Below are positions 1 to 12,946 of a stretch of DNA of 64,000 nucleotides, one piece after another (the stretch's first letter is position 1; each line of letters starts with the position of its first letter). Source of the stretch: Pseudovirgaria hyperparasitica (Eukaryota); the NCBI GenBank assembly GCA_010093815.1, contig ML996589.1, one strand, 5' to 3'. The notes under the pieces are model-generated. The model had not been told where the DNA came from, ran no database searches, and was given only the letters and a program-made list of their open reading frames with translations. The translations under genes and the position numbers were made by a program.

Positions 1-222
1 ACTCTAATTCTATAGACTCTAATTCTAGAGACTCTAATATAGAATCTAGCTCTAGAGACTCTAATTCTATAGACTCTAATTCTAGAGACTCTAATTCTAT
101 AGACTCTAATTCTATAGACTCTAATTCTATAGACTCTAATTCTATAGACTCTAATTCTATAGACTCTAATTCTTCAGACTCTAATTCTATAGACTCTAAT
201 TCTATAGACTCTAATTCTATAG
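1..222 (+). repeat. 15-bp tandem repeat (gactctaattctata), ~14 units, in frame with the copia polyprotein
   Basis: Directly visible. Translates as (SNSID/SNSRD)n and runs without stops into the HERLGH motif. Confidence 0.9.
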
Positions 223-511
223 AAATTATAAAAGATATAGAAGAATCTAGTTCTAATATATCTAAAAATAAAGAGCTTATAGTCTATAATAAGAATACAG
301 TCGACTTAATTCATGAGAGACTAGGCCATATTAATAGTATAGCTATTAAGAATATACCTAGTAATACTTTAGGTTCTAAAATAGATCTAAAAGACTTAGA
401 TACTAGTAAAACTAGTCTAGATAACTGCGAAATATGTATTAAATCGAAACTTACGTAGAATATATCTAAGACTCCTAGTACTAAAGTTAATAATTACTTA
501 GATCTATTATA
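1..511 (+). mobile_element. Ty1/copia fragment (GAG-pre-integrase and integrase zinc finger), truncated on the right
   Basis: Frame from nt 3 reads ...VDLIHERLGHIN...DNCEICIKSKLT*NISKTPSTKVNNYLDLL, the copia HxRLGH...CxxC motif. It then switches abruptly to LINE sequence at ~512. Confidence 0.8.
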
Positions 512-1674
512 ACCGTTATATATAGAGGTTAGGGTATATAGCTAGATAGTGGCGTATTATACCTCTCCGGCCGCACGCCTTATACTATAGGGAGGTGTTA
601 GGAACGCCTCTCTTATAGATATAGTATAGGAGTTCTATAGCGCCCGTTCGGGCTTAGATAAGTATAGATACTTAGGCTTTCGTTAGCCCTTTATATATCT
701 ATTTACTCGGTTCCTTCTATAGCCCTCGAATCTACTCTAGATATCTATTCTACTAGGAGGTCTAGTAGGCACGGAGTGCCTCTTTCTACTTATCTTAAGT
801 CTATAACCGTATATTTTTTATAAGTTCTTAAAGGCTCTACTAGTCTAGGAGAGCGTCCGGGTTATCTCGGACTTCTTATACTACTTAGCTAGAGTCGGCT
901 TCTATTAAGCACCTATACCATATTTAATTCCGGCCTATATATAGGAGTACGCGGTAATATATACTAATTTATATATATAGCGCGGCGAAAGTATATTCTA
1001 CGTTTTCTATGCGTTCCTATACTTATTATTTAGTAAAGTATACTACCCTCTATATCTAGTAGAAGTTATATATACTTATAACGTCTATCTCGCGTCGTAG
1101 TAGTACCGTGTTAGTAGCTTTATATACGCCTAATATAAGACGGAGTATACGGTTCTATATGGATTCGAGCTTTATTCGCCTAGTCTATATAAGGGCTATA
1201 TACTAGTACTCGTGTCCGTACGTAAAGGCGGGTCGTACTATAGATATATATAGCTAGCGTGCCTTATCCCGGGCGGTTCTCTATATAGAGGCTATAATCC
1301 GTCGTATAGCGGCTTCTACCTAGAGGGCCCTAGAGACGGTGTATGCTACTTATGGTCCCTATTTAAGCTTACTATCTAGTATAACTCCGAGCGCGCGCAT
1401 GCTTTATACTAGTAGTTCGTTAAATACGTCGATTCGGGGGCGTTATTTACCTTCCCTAGTTACCTATTTCCCTTAATAATTAATAAAGTGCATAAGCTAG
1501 TATTTCTCTAGGGCGAACTTTACTCCGTGGCGTTTTACCTACTAGAGGTACCTCTCGTAGTCCTATTCTAGTCATCTACACGTTCGGTTAGTATTATTAT
1601 TAATAGCTAGGAGGTATATGTTATCGGCGTATCCGACTACCTCTATATACTTTATTCCTTAAAGAAGGTCTACT

Positions 1675-1684
1675 NNNNNNNNNN
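1675..1684. other. Assembly gap (10 N) with duplicated flanks
   Basis: 1542-1674 is repeated at 1685-1817; the sibling LINE copy has this segment once. Confidence 0.95.
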
Positions 1685-4600
1685 CTAGAGGTACCTCTCG
1701 TAGTCCTATTCTAGTCATCTACACGTTCGGTTAGTATTATTATTAATAGCTAGGAGGTATATGTTATCGGCGTATCCGACTACCTCTATATACTTTATTC
1801 CTTAAAGAAGGTCTACTATAAAGAAGAGGAATAGAATTAGAGAGATAGTGCTCCCTTATAGGATGCCGTATACCGTCTCTTTATATTCGCTCTAGTACCT
1901 AGAGATATATATCTAAGTTATTCTTCCTATAAGGAATAACTATATAAAGCGTATAATCTATTCTAGTATTCGTCTTATCTAGAGATTATAAATAAGTCTT
2001 ATATAGTTTACCTTATTAAACGCTCCGGCTATATCGAGGGAGAGAAGCGATACTACCCGTCCCTATTTCTATACGGCCTAGACGACTTTAATAATATATT
2101 AGATAGCTATTATTAGGGAGCTATCTACCTTTACCTTCTAGTTTAGAGGGAGGAGATTATATTCCTATACCGCGGTACTTATCTTCTTCGCTATCGTGGC
2201 CTCTAGTATCTTATCTAGGTAGAAAAGAAGGGCGATTAGTCTCTATCCCTTTAGGGAGTTAGAGCTCTTTCCTAGTTTCGGGAGTATAATGGTATAGGCG
2301 ACTTAGAAGCTCTAGGGGTGGTACCCCTACGTGACGCATGCTTAGAATATATAAGTAATAAGTGGTAGGGTCACTTTTATAGTACTTTTTAGGCATCGAT
2401 TTAGAATTCCATCTGGTCCGGGTGCTTTATTATTTAGGAGTGTCTTAATAATATTAAGTATGTCCTCCTTCGTAACTTCTTTAGGGATATCTACCGCGTA
2501 TAGATATTCGGCGCTGTGAACGTCTAATAGGTCTACTAGTTCCGGGAGAGGGAACATGGCCTCCCGTAGGGCCTTAGTTTTCTTAAGGCCCGTAGAGTAT
2601 GTTCTCCCCTAATATATTAGGGGAGGCATAAGTAGCGGGGGTATCGGAGTGTCTACGCCCTTAGCCCATTTCGCCATGCGCCATAGCCCTATTATGTATC
2701 ATATCTATTAACTAGTAATTATACGCTACTATTTACGCCTTTCGTTACGGAGAACTTTATCGCGTTATTATATTGCTTCCTTCTATTCTTTCTACGACTC
2801 GGGTATTCTTATATAGTATACGCGTGTATATAGCCTTCGGGCGTCTTATCTACTTTCCTATACTTAAGGAATCCCCTTTACTTCCGGGGGCTAGTATATT
2901 TAGTATAGTACGTGTTTATTTCTCGCATTCTAATATATTTATAGGAGTATCTATATGGCCTAGTCTATAGCTAGCTCGTTAGATATATCGACTATAGAGA
3001 GATCTAGGATCGCCGATTCTAGGTCCTTTAGGTACTTTTCCTAGTCGGTATCCTTCTATATCTATTATCCCTATTATTTATTCGGGGTATATACGTTTAT
3101 TACGGTTTCTATATATTCATGGTCGGAATCCGTCTATACCTAGCCTAGGCGGTAGTATTAGATCCGGTAACTAATATACTCCGTGGCGAAGGTAAGGTTA
3201 AGCGTAGACCCGTCTTTATCCTATTTATATTTTTTCTATATAACTTATTCTATAGGTATAAGTAGGTATAGAAAGTCGTAGTAGTAGGTGCGTAGTTCCC
3301 TTACTCTAAGTTCTTCCCTAACTACGGCTAGGTCTCCCTACTATTAGTAGTAGAGGTTAAAGTCTCCTAGGAGGATGTGTTACTCTAGTTCCGTAGTACT
3401 CTCGAGTATCTCGTCTAGTATAAGTATATGTTATTAGTTATATATGTTATATATATATAGGGGGCCTATATCTATTTATAGGTATAGTATTATTCTAAGG
3501 TTATCGCGCTCGGTATACGACTATAATAAGAGTAGTATTAACCTATAAATGTGGAAGAGGACTCGTCTTTCTAGTCCTAGAGGGTGTATAGTATGGTATC
3601 CGGGGTATGTGGTTAGTTTACTCGTCTAGTAGTATTTATAGGGTTCCTAGATGGCGAGTATTATAGCCCCGGTCTCTTCGAGGAGCGTCGCCTAGTTCTC
3701 TCTTTTATATTATATGTTTACCTATATAATTTAGAGTATATTCTAGTCCCTTATTAGGTACTAGGGAGTATATATATCTATATACTTATTCCTTAGAGGC
3801 GCGACTATCCTCACGCGGTAGCGGCTTTAACTATACCTTTTAGTCGTCCTATCGTCTTCGGGATAGTCTACTATCCTACCTAACTACCTTCCGGAGGGGA
3901 GGTTAGGGGTATTATAAAGGAAGGGCTCGTGGTAGGTATTATATTCTATAACTATCTCACGCCTCTTACTTTTATCGTGCGAATATATTCTATAACCTAT
4001 TTACGTTTTATGCACGTTAACGACTACGATAGGTGTTTCCCATCGTAGTTTAAACACTATACTATGTCCCTATTTCTTAGTCTATCTCCTTGCGGTTTAT
4101 AAGGGTACTCCTAGATAGCGTGGTCCCCACGGTACTATCCGCACTTGGTCTTCTATAAGTACCTTTATATAGTATGTCTATACCCTTAATAGTTAAAGTA
4201 CTATATTATTACCTATACCCTATTCTATAGCTCGGCTATAAGGAGCTCTCCTTCTATTAGGAATCCCTCCTATATAATATGTTATACGAGGGCGGGGTCT
4301 TAGAGCTCTATAATTATAGTAGAGTGTTTTTTCGCCGTCGTCTTAATCGCCTATAGGTTCTTCTACCACGCTTTTACGATCTTAATCCCTAGGTATTTTC
4401 GCGTGTTAGATTATTCTATACGCGTAATATCCTCCGCTCCGATAGCCTATCCCCGTATAGGTACTACGTATACTATAATCGGATATATAGCTACTCTAAT
4501 AGACGCGCTAGAGAAGATACTACCTATCGCGTTCGGATCTCGCGAGATGTTTTACTATATAGTATTCGTTATAGTAGTAAGTACTATCCTATCTAGCGTA

Positions 4601-5204
4601 ACTTTAGTAGCTATGATACTCGACCATATTCCTTTCTATTTATTAATCTTATTTATAATTTCCTTTAGGGATGCCTATTAGACCTACGCTAGCGTGTCCT
4701 TATCCTAGATTACGATATATATACTATATACTCTATCTATGGTCCTAGTAGTCCTTAGTACGGTGGCTCCGGATATTACTATAATCTAAGCCCACGTGTT
4801 AGGGCGCTTACCTTAGAATAGCTCTTCCTAGATTCTCCGTAGGCTAGCTTCTATTCGGTCGAGCCTACTACTAGGTTTCTCTCGTGGCGACTTCCTTTCT
4901 TCCTCTATAATTCCTCTTAGGTTCCGGATAAGGTCCCGGAATATATAAAGGAGGGTCTTCTTTCCCTCCTCGGCGTCCCTCTCTATATATATTACCTAGT
5001 ATTTAATTTTATCTAGGAGGGTCTCCCCTCTCGGGGTCCCCTTAGTCTAGGTTATCTATAGCGCTTCGCACCCTTAGTTAGTTCCTATATTTTAGATAGG
5101 TATCTAGCTATCTATATTAATATCGCTATATGGCCGTTTCTACCGTACTAGTAGGGGTATATCCAGCGTATACCGGGGTATTATGATGCCTAAGGCCGCC
5201 ATGG

Positions 5205-5235
5205 TTATTAGTTAAGGGTAGCCCTTAACTAATAA
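5205..5235. repeat. 31-bp palindrome, 2 nt upstream of the LINE-A ORF1 ATG
   Basis: ttattagttaaggg-tag-cccttaactaataa; minus-strand ATG at 5202. Confidence 0.95.
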
Positions 5236-5471
5236 AAGGGGGTTAGCGTGTCGGCGTTTATTAGATATAGTCTATACTCGTGTTATCGAAGAGTCTTCGA
5301 GCGTATATATATAGTATCTCTATACGTTAGTATCGTCGTGTATTATACACTATACGTACGCACGTGTGTCGGAGGTTGTTATACTCGGTGTGCTCTATCG
5401 TTTGATGTATGTAAATCGCTGTTTTACCCCGAATTGACTAGTTTAGTCCGTTAGGGTGTAAGAAGTTTTTT

Positions 5472-5526
5472 ATAGCTATATATATAGTTCTTCCTAGTTA
5501 AATACTAATATTATTATTATTATTAT
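5472..5526 (+). mobile_element. 3' remnant of another LINE ((TTA)n tail)
   Basis: ttcctagttaaatactaatattattattattattat resembles the 3' ends of LINE-A and LINE-B (cctagtt...aatattattatt). Confidence 0.5.
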
Positions 5527-7126
5527 AGTAATACCTCTTTAATTAGTAATAAGATATTAATATATATCTAGATAATACTCTAGTTATAGCTATTAAGTCT
5601 ACTTTCTATAATAAATAATAGAGTCTTATTTATTAAGTTAATATCTTTATTATTAGAATCTCTATCTCTATTATCTATAAAGATATCTATATTAACTACT
5701 ATTTAGATACTACTCTAATATATCTACTAGAAGAGAAATTTCTCTATATACTTATTAATTATAGTTTAGAGCTTAAGGCTATACTCTATAAAGTTATAAT
5801 AGCTATTCTAGTATATCTTAACTAGCTTAATAAGCTTAGTAGAAGTAAAGTTTATATCTAAAGTAATTATATTCTTATTATACTATTACTTCTATATAGT
5901 AATAAATTTCTATTATCTCTTAGCTAAGTAATAGATAAATATCATAATTAACTATAGTACTATAATTAGTTCTATTTTCTACTACTCTTATAGAAAGATA
6001 AGCTCTATAATAAGGTTCTTAGATAGGTTATTAAAGGTATTCTTATCTTTACTAAAAAGTAGAGACTAGATAATAAGATTAAGAGTATATAGAAAGTAGT
6101 TAAGCTATAAGAACTTACTTACTCTAGAAAGAGCTTAAGAGAGAAGTTCTATGGCCCTAGTATTATTACTTACTCTATTAAGAATAAAGTAACTAATCTT
6201 ATTCTTAATTCTATATCTCTTAAGTACTATAAGAGTTAAATCTCTAAAGCTTTTACTAGTATAGCTATCTCTAATCTTAGATAATTCTAAGGAGATATTA
6301 ATAAAGCTACTCTCTTTATTTATAAAGTACGCTATATAGAATTATAGAGATAGATAGTAGTTCTATAAACTCTAGCTATTAAATATAATATAAATCTTTA
6401 AGATAGTAGTACTAAGAATCTTATAAAGGTATACTAAGCTATATCTATAGGTATTTAAGATATAGCTTTAAAGGGTATCTATACTCTTCTATATTAAGGC
6501 TTCTATCTCTAGATTTACTCTTAAAATAGCTTTATAGAGATAAGGGTTTTTAATAATATAAAGAGACTATAAGTTAAGTATAATCTACTTTACTAGTAGC
6601 TAATTAAATCTATTAGAATAAAAGGTCTAGATAAGTAGATTTACTATATTCTAATCTATTCTAGCCTTCTTAACTATTATCTTTAGTATATTACCCTTCT
6701 TATACTTTCTCTTACTACTTAGATACTACTAGTATATATTATAGAGATAGTCTATAGTATTAGTAGTTAACGCTACCTTAAATCTTCCTTTTATATATTT
6801 CTCTTTATAGTAGATTTAATACTACTAGTACTTATCTCTATTACTAATTTACTCTAGATAGAAACTATACTTCTAGATCTAATTAAGTTAAAAACTTCTT
6901 TTACATCCCCAAGAGGCTAACTTAGTCCATTCGGGGTAATACAGCGAGATATACACCTTAATTAATAGAGTATACTAAGTATACTAACTACTACTATACG
7001 TATGTACGTGTAGCATCGAAACTAAGACGTTATCGCCGTGTAAAGATATATATATACCCTCTTAAAATCCTCACGGAGATAGAGGCACGGACTACGCTAC
7101 TAGAACGCCGATACGCCGACCCCCTT

Positions 7127-7157
7127 TTATTAGTTAAGGGTAGCCCTTAACTAATAA
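7127..7157. repeat. 31-bp palindrome just before the LINE-B ORF1 start
   Basis: ttattagttaaggg-tag-cccttaactaataa; start codon (RIPed to ATA) at 7160. Confidence 0.95.
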
Positions 7158-7159
7158 AT

Positions 7160-8623
7160 ATAGCGGCCTTAGGCACCGATATACCCCGGTATATACCGGA
7201 TATACCCCCACCGGTACGATAGAAAAGGCCATATAGCGATATTACTAAGGGTAACCATATACCTATCTAAAACGTAGAATACACCTAAAGGCGCACGCCG
7301 CCATAGATAGACGGAATAAAGGGGACCCTAAGAGGGGAAACCCTTCTAGATCGTATCGACTACTAGGTAGTATATATAGAGAAGGAAGCCGGAGAGGGCT
7401 AGAAGACCCTCCTATATATATTCTAGAACCTTATCTAGAATCTAAAGGGAATTACGGAGGAGGAGAAGAAGATATAACTAGGAGGACTAGAGGACAGGCT
7501 CGACTAAATAGAGGCTAGCCTACGTAGAATCTAGGAGGAACTTACTTAAGGTAAGCGCCCTAGTATATAGGTATAAATAGTAGTAATACTAGAGGCTATA
7601 CTATAGGCCCCCCGGACCGGTAACGCGGCGTATAGTATACGCGTTATAATCTAGGATAAGGATACCCTAGTATAGGTCTAGTAAGCATCCCTAAAGGATA
7701 TAGTAAGTAAGATTAATAAATAAAAGGGAATATAGTTAAACGTCGTCGCCGCTAAACTCACGCTAGGAGGAGTAGTACTTACCACGATAACGAATATTAC
7801 GTAGTAGACTATCTTGCGTAATCCGAACGCGATTAGTAGTATCTTCCTAGGCGCCTCTATTAGGGCGGCTATATACCCGATATAGGTATACTCTATGCCC
7901 GTAAGCGGATAGGTTATTAGAGAAGAGGATATTACGCGGATAGAATAGTTAAACAAGCGAAAATACCTAGGGATTAAGATCGTAAGAGTATAGTAGAAGA
8001 ATATATAAGGGATTAAAACCAGATCGAAGGTATACTCTACTATAATAGTAGAGCTTAAGGACCCCGCCCTCGCGTATTAAATTATATAAGAGGGATTCCT
8101 AGCGGAAGGGGAGCTTCTTATAGCGGAACCATAGGATAGAGCATAGGCGATAATATAGTGCTTTAACTATTAGGGATACGGGTATACGGTATAGCGGTAC
8201 TCCTAAAAGACTAGGTATAGGTAGTATTAATAAGAATATAGTACCTAGGAGTACCCCTACGGGACACGAGGAGAGGGCTAGAGGGATAGAGATACGGCGA
8301 AGTACTCTAACTACGACGGTAAGTACCCGTCGTGGTCGGCTACGTACGCGAAACGTAAATAGGTTACTAAATATATCTACTTAATCCGGATAAAGGGAGT
8401 AAGATAGCTATAAATAATGCGATCTACTACTATTCCTCTCTTTACTATAATACTATTACTATAGACTACCTCCTTATAAGGAAGCGGTTAGGAATGGTAA
8501 ACCGTCCCAAGAAAGCTAATAATAGAACGGCCCTAAGGAATTACTAAGGCCGCCGCCGTACGAGGATAGTCGCGTCTTAGAGGAATAAATATATAGGTCT
8601 ATATATTCCCTAGCACCTAATAA
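7160..8623 (+). pseudogene. LINE-B ORF1 (gag-like, CCHC zinc knuckles)
   Basis: De-RIPed QCFNCQGYGHTxQRC near 8155 and a further CxxCxxxH knuckle near 8300. Its stop overlaps the ORF2 start (inferred ATGA, RIPed to ataa, 8620-8623). Confidence 0.8.
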
Positions 8624-11600
8624 GAGACTAAGATATACTCCTAATTATATAGATAAACGTATAGTATAAACGTAAGAACTAGACGATACTCCTCGAGGAG
8701 ACCGGAGCTATAATACTCGCTATATAGAAGCTATATAAATACTACTAGACGAATAAACCAATAACACACCTAGGATATTATATAATACACCCCCTAGGAC
8801 CGGAGAGGAGAGTCCTCTTCTATATCTATAAGTCTATTCTACTCTTATTATAGTTATATACTAAACGGGATAACCTCCGGATAACACTATACCTCTAGAT
8901 AAATATTAGACCCCTCTACATATATAATATATATAATTAGAACCGATCGCTTTAGGCGGATAATATACTTAAGGGCACTACCGAGCTAGGATAATACATC
9001 CTCCTAGGAGACTTTAACCTCTATTATAGCTAGTAGGGTGGACTAACTATTACCCGCGAAGAGCTTCGAGCTAGAGAACTACGTACCTAATACTATAGCT
9101 TTCTATACCTTCTTATACTAGTAGAATAGATTACCTAGCGAAAATATAAATAAGATAAGGGCGGATCCATACTCGACCTTACCCTAGCCACTAGATATAT
9201 TTATAATAGAACTTAATACTACCGCCCAAGCCTTATATAGATAGACTCCGACTATAAATGCATGGAGACTATAATAGACGTATCTACCCCTTAAGACTAA
9301 TAAGGGCGATAGCTATAGAAGGATACTAACTAGGAAAAGTACCTAAAGGACCTGGAATTAATAATCCTAGACCCGTCTATAGTTAATATATCTAATGGCC
9401 CGGCTATCGACCAGGCCGTGAATACACTCCTATAGGCGTACTAGGGAGTAAGAGATAAACACGTGCCGTACCGAATATATAGACCCCTAGACCCGAAAAG
9501 TATATCTTAAGTATAAGAGTATAGGCGAGAAGTCCGGAGATTATATATACGCGTATACTATAACCGTATACCTAAAGCATAGGATAAATAGAGAGAGGCG
9601 AGAAGATAATAAGATAAGGTCCTCCGTAACGAGCGACGTAAATAGTAGCGTATAGTCACGGATAGATATACACGTAATACTACTAGACTATAGTATATAG
9701 TAAAATAGGCTAAAAGCACCGCCTCCCCGACACCTATACCACTTATACCTCCCCTTATATATTAAGAAAAGACGTACTCCACGAGCCTCGAGAAAATAGA
9801 GATTCTATAAGAGGTTATGTTCCCTCTCCTAGAACCCGTAGACCTATTAGATATTAATAGCACGGAATACCCGGAAGCTATAAGTATCCCTAGGGAAATC
9901 ACGGACGACGATATACTCGGCGCTATTAAGACACTCCTAAATAATAAAGCGCCCGGGCTAGATAGAATTCCGAATCGATACCTTAAGAGGACTATATAGG
10001 CGACCTTACTAATTATAGGCCATATATTCCGAGCGTGCGCCCGTATAGGATACTATCTATAGAGCTTCTAAACTATATACATAGTTATACTCCTAAAACT
10101 AGGGAAGAGCCTAAACACGCCGAAGGGATAGAGGCCGATCGCCCTCCTCTCCTACCTTAGTAAGGTACTAGAAGCTACGATTACTAAGAAGATAAGTATA
10201 GTAGTATAGGTACACGGCCTTCTCCTAGTAAACTAGAAGGCGAAGATATAAAGCTCCCTAATTATAGCTATTTAATATATCCTCGAGGTTATCTAGACTA
10301 TATAGAAATAAGGACGAGTCGTCACGCTACTCTCCCTAGATATAGTAGAGGCGTTTAATAAGGTAAACTATATAAGACTTATCTATAACCTCTAGATAAG
10401 GCGAATACCTAAGTAGATTATACGATTTATATAGTCCTTCCTCGCGTAAAGGACTACTTAAATATATATCCCCGGATACCGAAGCGAATATAAGGAGATA
10501 GTATACGGCATCCCGTAAGGGAGTACCATCTCCCCGATCCTCTTCCTCTTCTTTATAGTAGACCTCCTTTAGAGAATAGAATATATAGAGATAGTCGGAT
10601 ATATAGACGATATATATCTCCTCACGGTCGATAGTAGTACTAGTAGAACATGTACACGACTCGAACGAGACCACGAGAAATACGTCTAGTAGATAAAGCG
10701 CTACGGAGTAAAATTCGCACCTAAAAAATACTAGCTTATATACTTTATTAACCGCTATAGAGGATAGGCTACTAGGGAGGGGGCACGTCGCCCCTAAATC
10801 GACGCCTTTATAGAACTACCAGCATAGAGTATATAAGCACTCGGCGTCATAATTAATAATAAGCTAAAATAGGGACCATAGATGGCACACGCCGTCTCTA
10901 GAGCCCTCTAGGTAGAAACCGCTATACGCCGGATTACGGTATCCACGTAGGGAATAGCCCGGGATAAGGCGAGACAGCTATATATCTCCCTAGCACGCCT
11001 AGCCTTTATATATAGACACGAGTGCTAGTATACGGCCCTTATATAAGCTCGGCGGGTAAAGCTTAAGTCCATATAAAACCGTATACTCCGCCTTATCTCC
11101 GGTATATATAAAGCTACTAACACGACGCTCCTCCGACGCGAGATAAATGTAATAAGTATATAGGACTTCTACTAGATATAGAGACTTATATACTTTACTA
11201 AATAATAAGTATAAGAACGTGGAGGAGATAGGGTATATACCTTCGCCGTACTACGTACACGTATCTATACATATTACTAGGCCCTCCCTACTATAGGATA
11301 AACTCGAGTATAATATAAATACTATATAGAGGCGGACTCAAGCTAGACCGTGTAGAAGGTTTAAAATAACCCAGACACCATCCTAAGCTAATAGAGCCCT
11401 AAGGAGCTTAGCCGCGTTATATAGTTATAGATCTAGGATAAATAGAGGGAGGTACTTAAAGCCTAGTGGGCCTCCTAATAGAATAGGTATCTAGAATAGA
11501 TCTAAGGGCCTTAGAAGGAACTAAGTAAATAGATATATAAAGGGCTAACGAAGGCCTAAGCATCTATACTCCTCTAAGCCCGAATAGGCGCTATAGGTCT

Positions 11601-11922
11601 CCTATATTATCTCTACTAGAGAGGCGTTCTAGATATATCTTTCTAGTGCGAGGACTACGGCCGGAGAGGTATAATACGCCACTACCTTACGACGTGCTCT
11701 AGCCTCTATACCCTAAGATAAGCCCTCGTCTATATAACGAGGACCTCTAATATCACGCGATAGCTTAATAAGTACCCTAAGGACGTCGCCCGATGGATAC
11801 TCGTACACCTTCCTCTCCCCTAGTTCTAGTAGACCCGCGTATATATACCGGAAGAAGCCTAATATATGCCGGAAGAACCCTAGTATACGTTAGAAGAACC
11901 CCGGGAGAACGGCGATTATTAG
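8620..11922 (+). pseudogene. LINE-B ORF2 (APE endonuclease, reverse transcriptase, C-terminal CCHC)
   Basis: De-RIPed AIQEP, LLGDFNLHH, DSDH, KAPG, RPIALLS, GIPQGS, GYADD, CEDCGRRGxxRHYLTTC. Length 3303 nt, the same as LINE-A ORF2. Confidence 0.85.
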
Positions 11923-11946
11923 TTAAGGGTAGCCCTTAACTAATAA
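11916..11946. repeat. 31-bp palindrome overlapping the LINE-B ORF2 stop
   Basis: In-frame TAG at 11920-11922 lies in the left arm. Confidence 0.95.
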
Positions 11947-12570
11947 TCTCCGCACCTATACGTGCTACCTAAGGGTAAACTATTATAATATAGGCTATAG
12001 ACCTATAGATAGCCCCTAGGGCTATATATATATAAAGAACGAGAGGATAGATAGAGCGTAGTTATGGATATGAGGGAGTTTTTCCTATTTATAGGTTTCT
12101 TCTTATATAGTAGCTTAGACTAGAGGAGGCATGCGCCTATAGAGTGGTACTCTACCTAGTTTACTAATATTATTATTATTATACTTCTAGATCTAGCTAA
12201 ATACGTTTATATACCTAAGTAGTACTATAGGTTTTATAAAGTCTAGAAGATAGAATTATATAATATCCTTATATAAAGACTCTATATCTAGGCCTATAAA
12301 ACTCTAGGAATCTTTATTATCTTTATCTTCCCTAGTACTATCTATCTCTATTATCTCCTTCTCTTATACTAGGTAGCTATATAGATCTTTAGATATAGAC
12401 TAGTATAGTATAGAGCTAGTACTAGATAGAGGTAGTAGTATTAGCTTATAGATAGTTATATTATTATTATTATCTTTATTATCTTTATTAAGAGGTAATA
12501 TATTCTAGAACTTTCTAGAACGTATAATTCTCTATATATACTTAACCTAGAAATATTACTATTTAAATAT

Positions 12571-12942
12571 TATGGAAGGCCGCTCCTACAGCCCCACATG
12601 TATGTGTCCCTGGCTCGATTACATGGCTCATTGTATATTTAAGGAGGGCGTTTTCCTTGGTCATTCTGCTCGGCACGCTTCCCCCATCACGAATATTCGA
12701 CGATTCGACCTTTCCTTACGTTCATGGGCCTCTATGGGTATTGATTATTAGGCTTAGCTATTGATAAATTGATTAAGAGTATTATATAGACCCGTCCTAT
12801 CGTAAAAGAGAACTAATAAGAAGTCGTGCGTTCAAAGAGAACTCATAATACCTGGGAGAGATACTTGTGAGTTCGTCGCGACTACTATACTAAGAACACA
12901 GCCATTTACAAAAAGGGACATACGTGGTAATAGCTTATTACA
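12571..12942 (+). repeat. 5' LTR of gypsy copy 1 (372 bp)
   Basis: Direct repeat of 23610-23981. Confidence 0.95.
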
Positions 12943-12946
12943 ATTT

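Larger units (their letters stand above)
512..5471 (-). mobile_element. Tad1-like LINE, subfamily A, copy 1; RIP-inactivated, 3' end (~460 bp) missing
   Basis: Colinear with 40751-45569. ORF1 at 5202-3751 has CCHC knuckles; ORF2 from 3754 has APE endonuclease (LLGDFNL) and RT (KAPGPDGI, GIPQGS, YADD) motifs after de-RIP. Confidence 0.92.
6887..12180 (+). mobile_element. Tad1-like LINE, subfamily B, full length, RIP-inactivated
   Basis: ~20-bp TSD atacttctagatcta(at/gc)taa at 6867-6886 and 12181-12200; (TTA)n tail; 5' end homologous to LINE-A. Confidence 0.93.

Noticed and set aside
1..222. Telomeric or CRISPR-like array
   Set aside because: No spacers and not TTAGGG; it is an in-frame minisatellite of a copia element.
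1542..1817. 133-bp tandem duplication within LINE ORF2
   Set aside because: The two copies flank an N-gap and the sibling LINE has one copy; this is a contig-overlap artefact.
4403..4681. Short hydrophobic ORFs in the ORF track (e.g. 4403-4681, 7678-7956, 44373-44777, 13004-13375, 18451-18726)
   Set aside because: These are antisense or off-frame shadows of RIPed TE sequence; the Ile/Tyr/Leu richness is a RIP by-product.
12867..12921. 55-bp LTR indel as a lost intron
   Set aside because: It starts GTGAGT but ends in CAT, not AG; a microhomology deletion is more likely.
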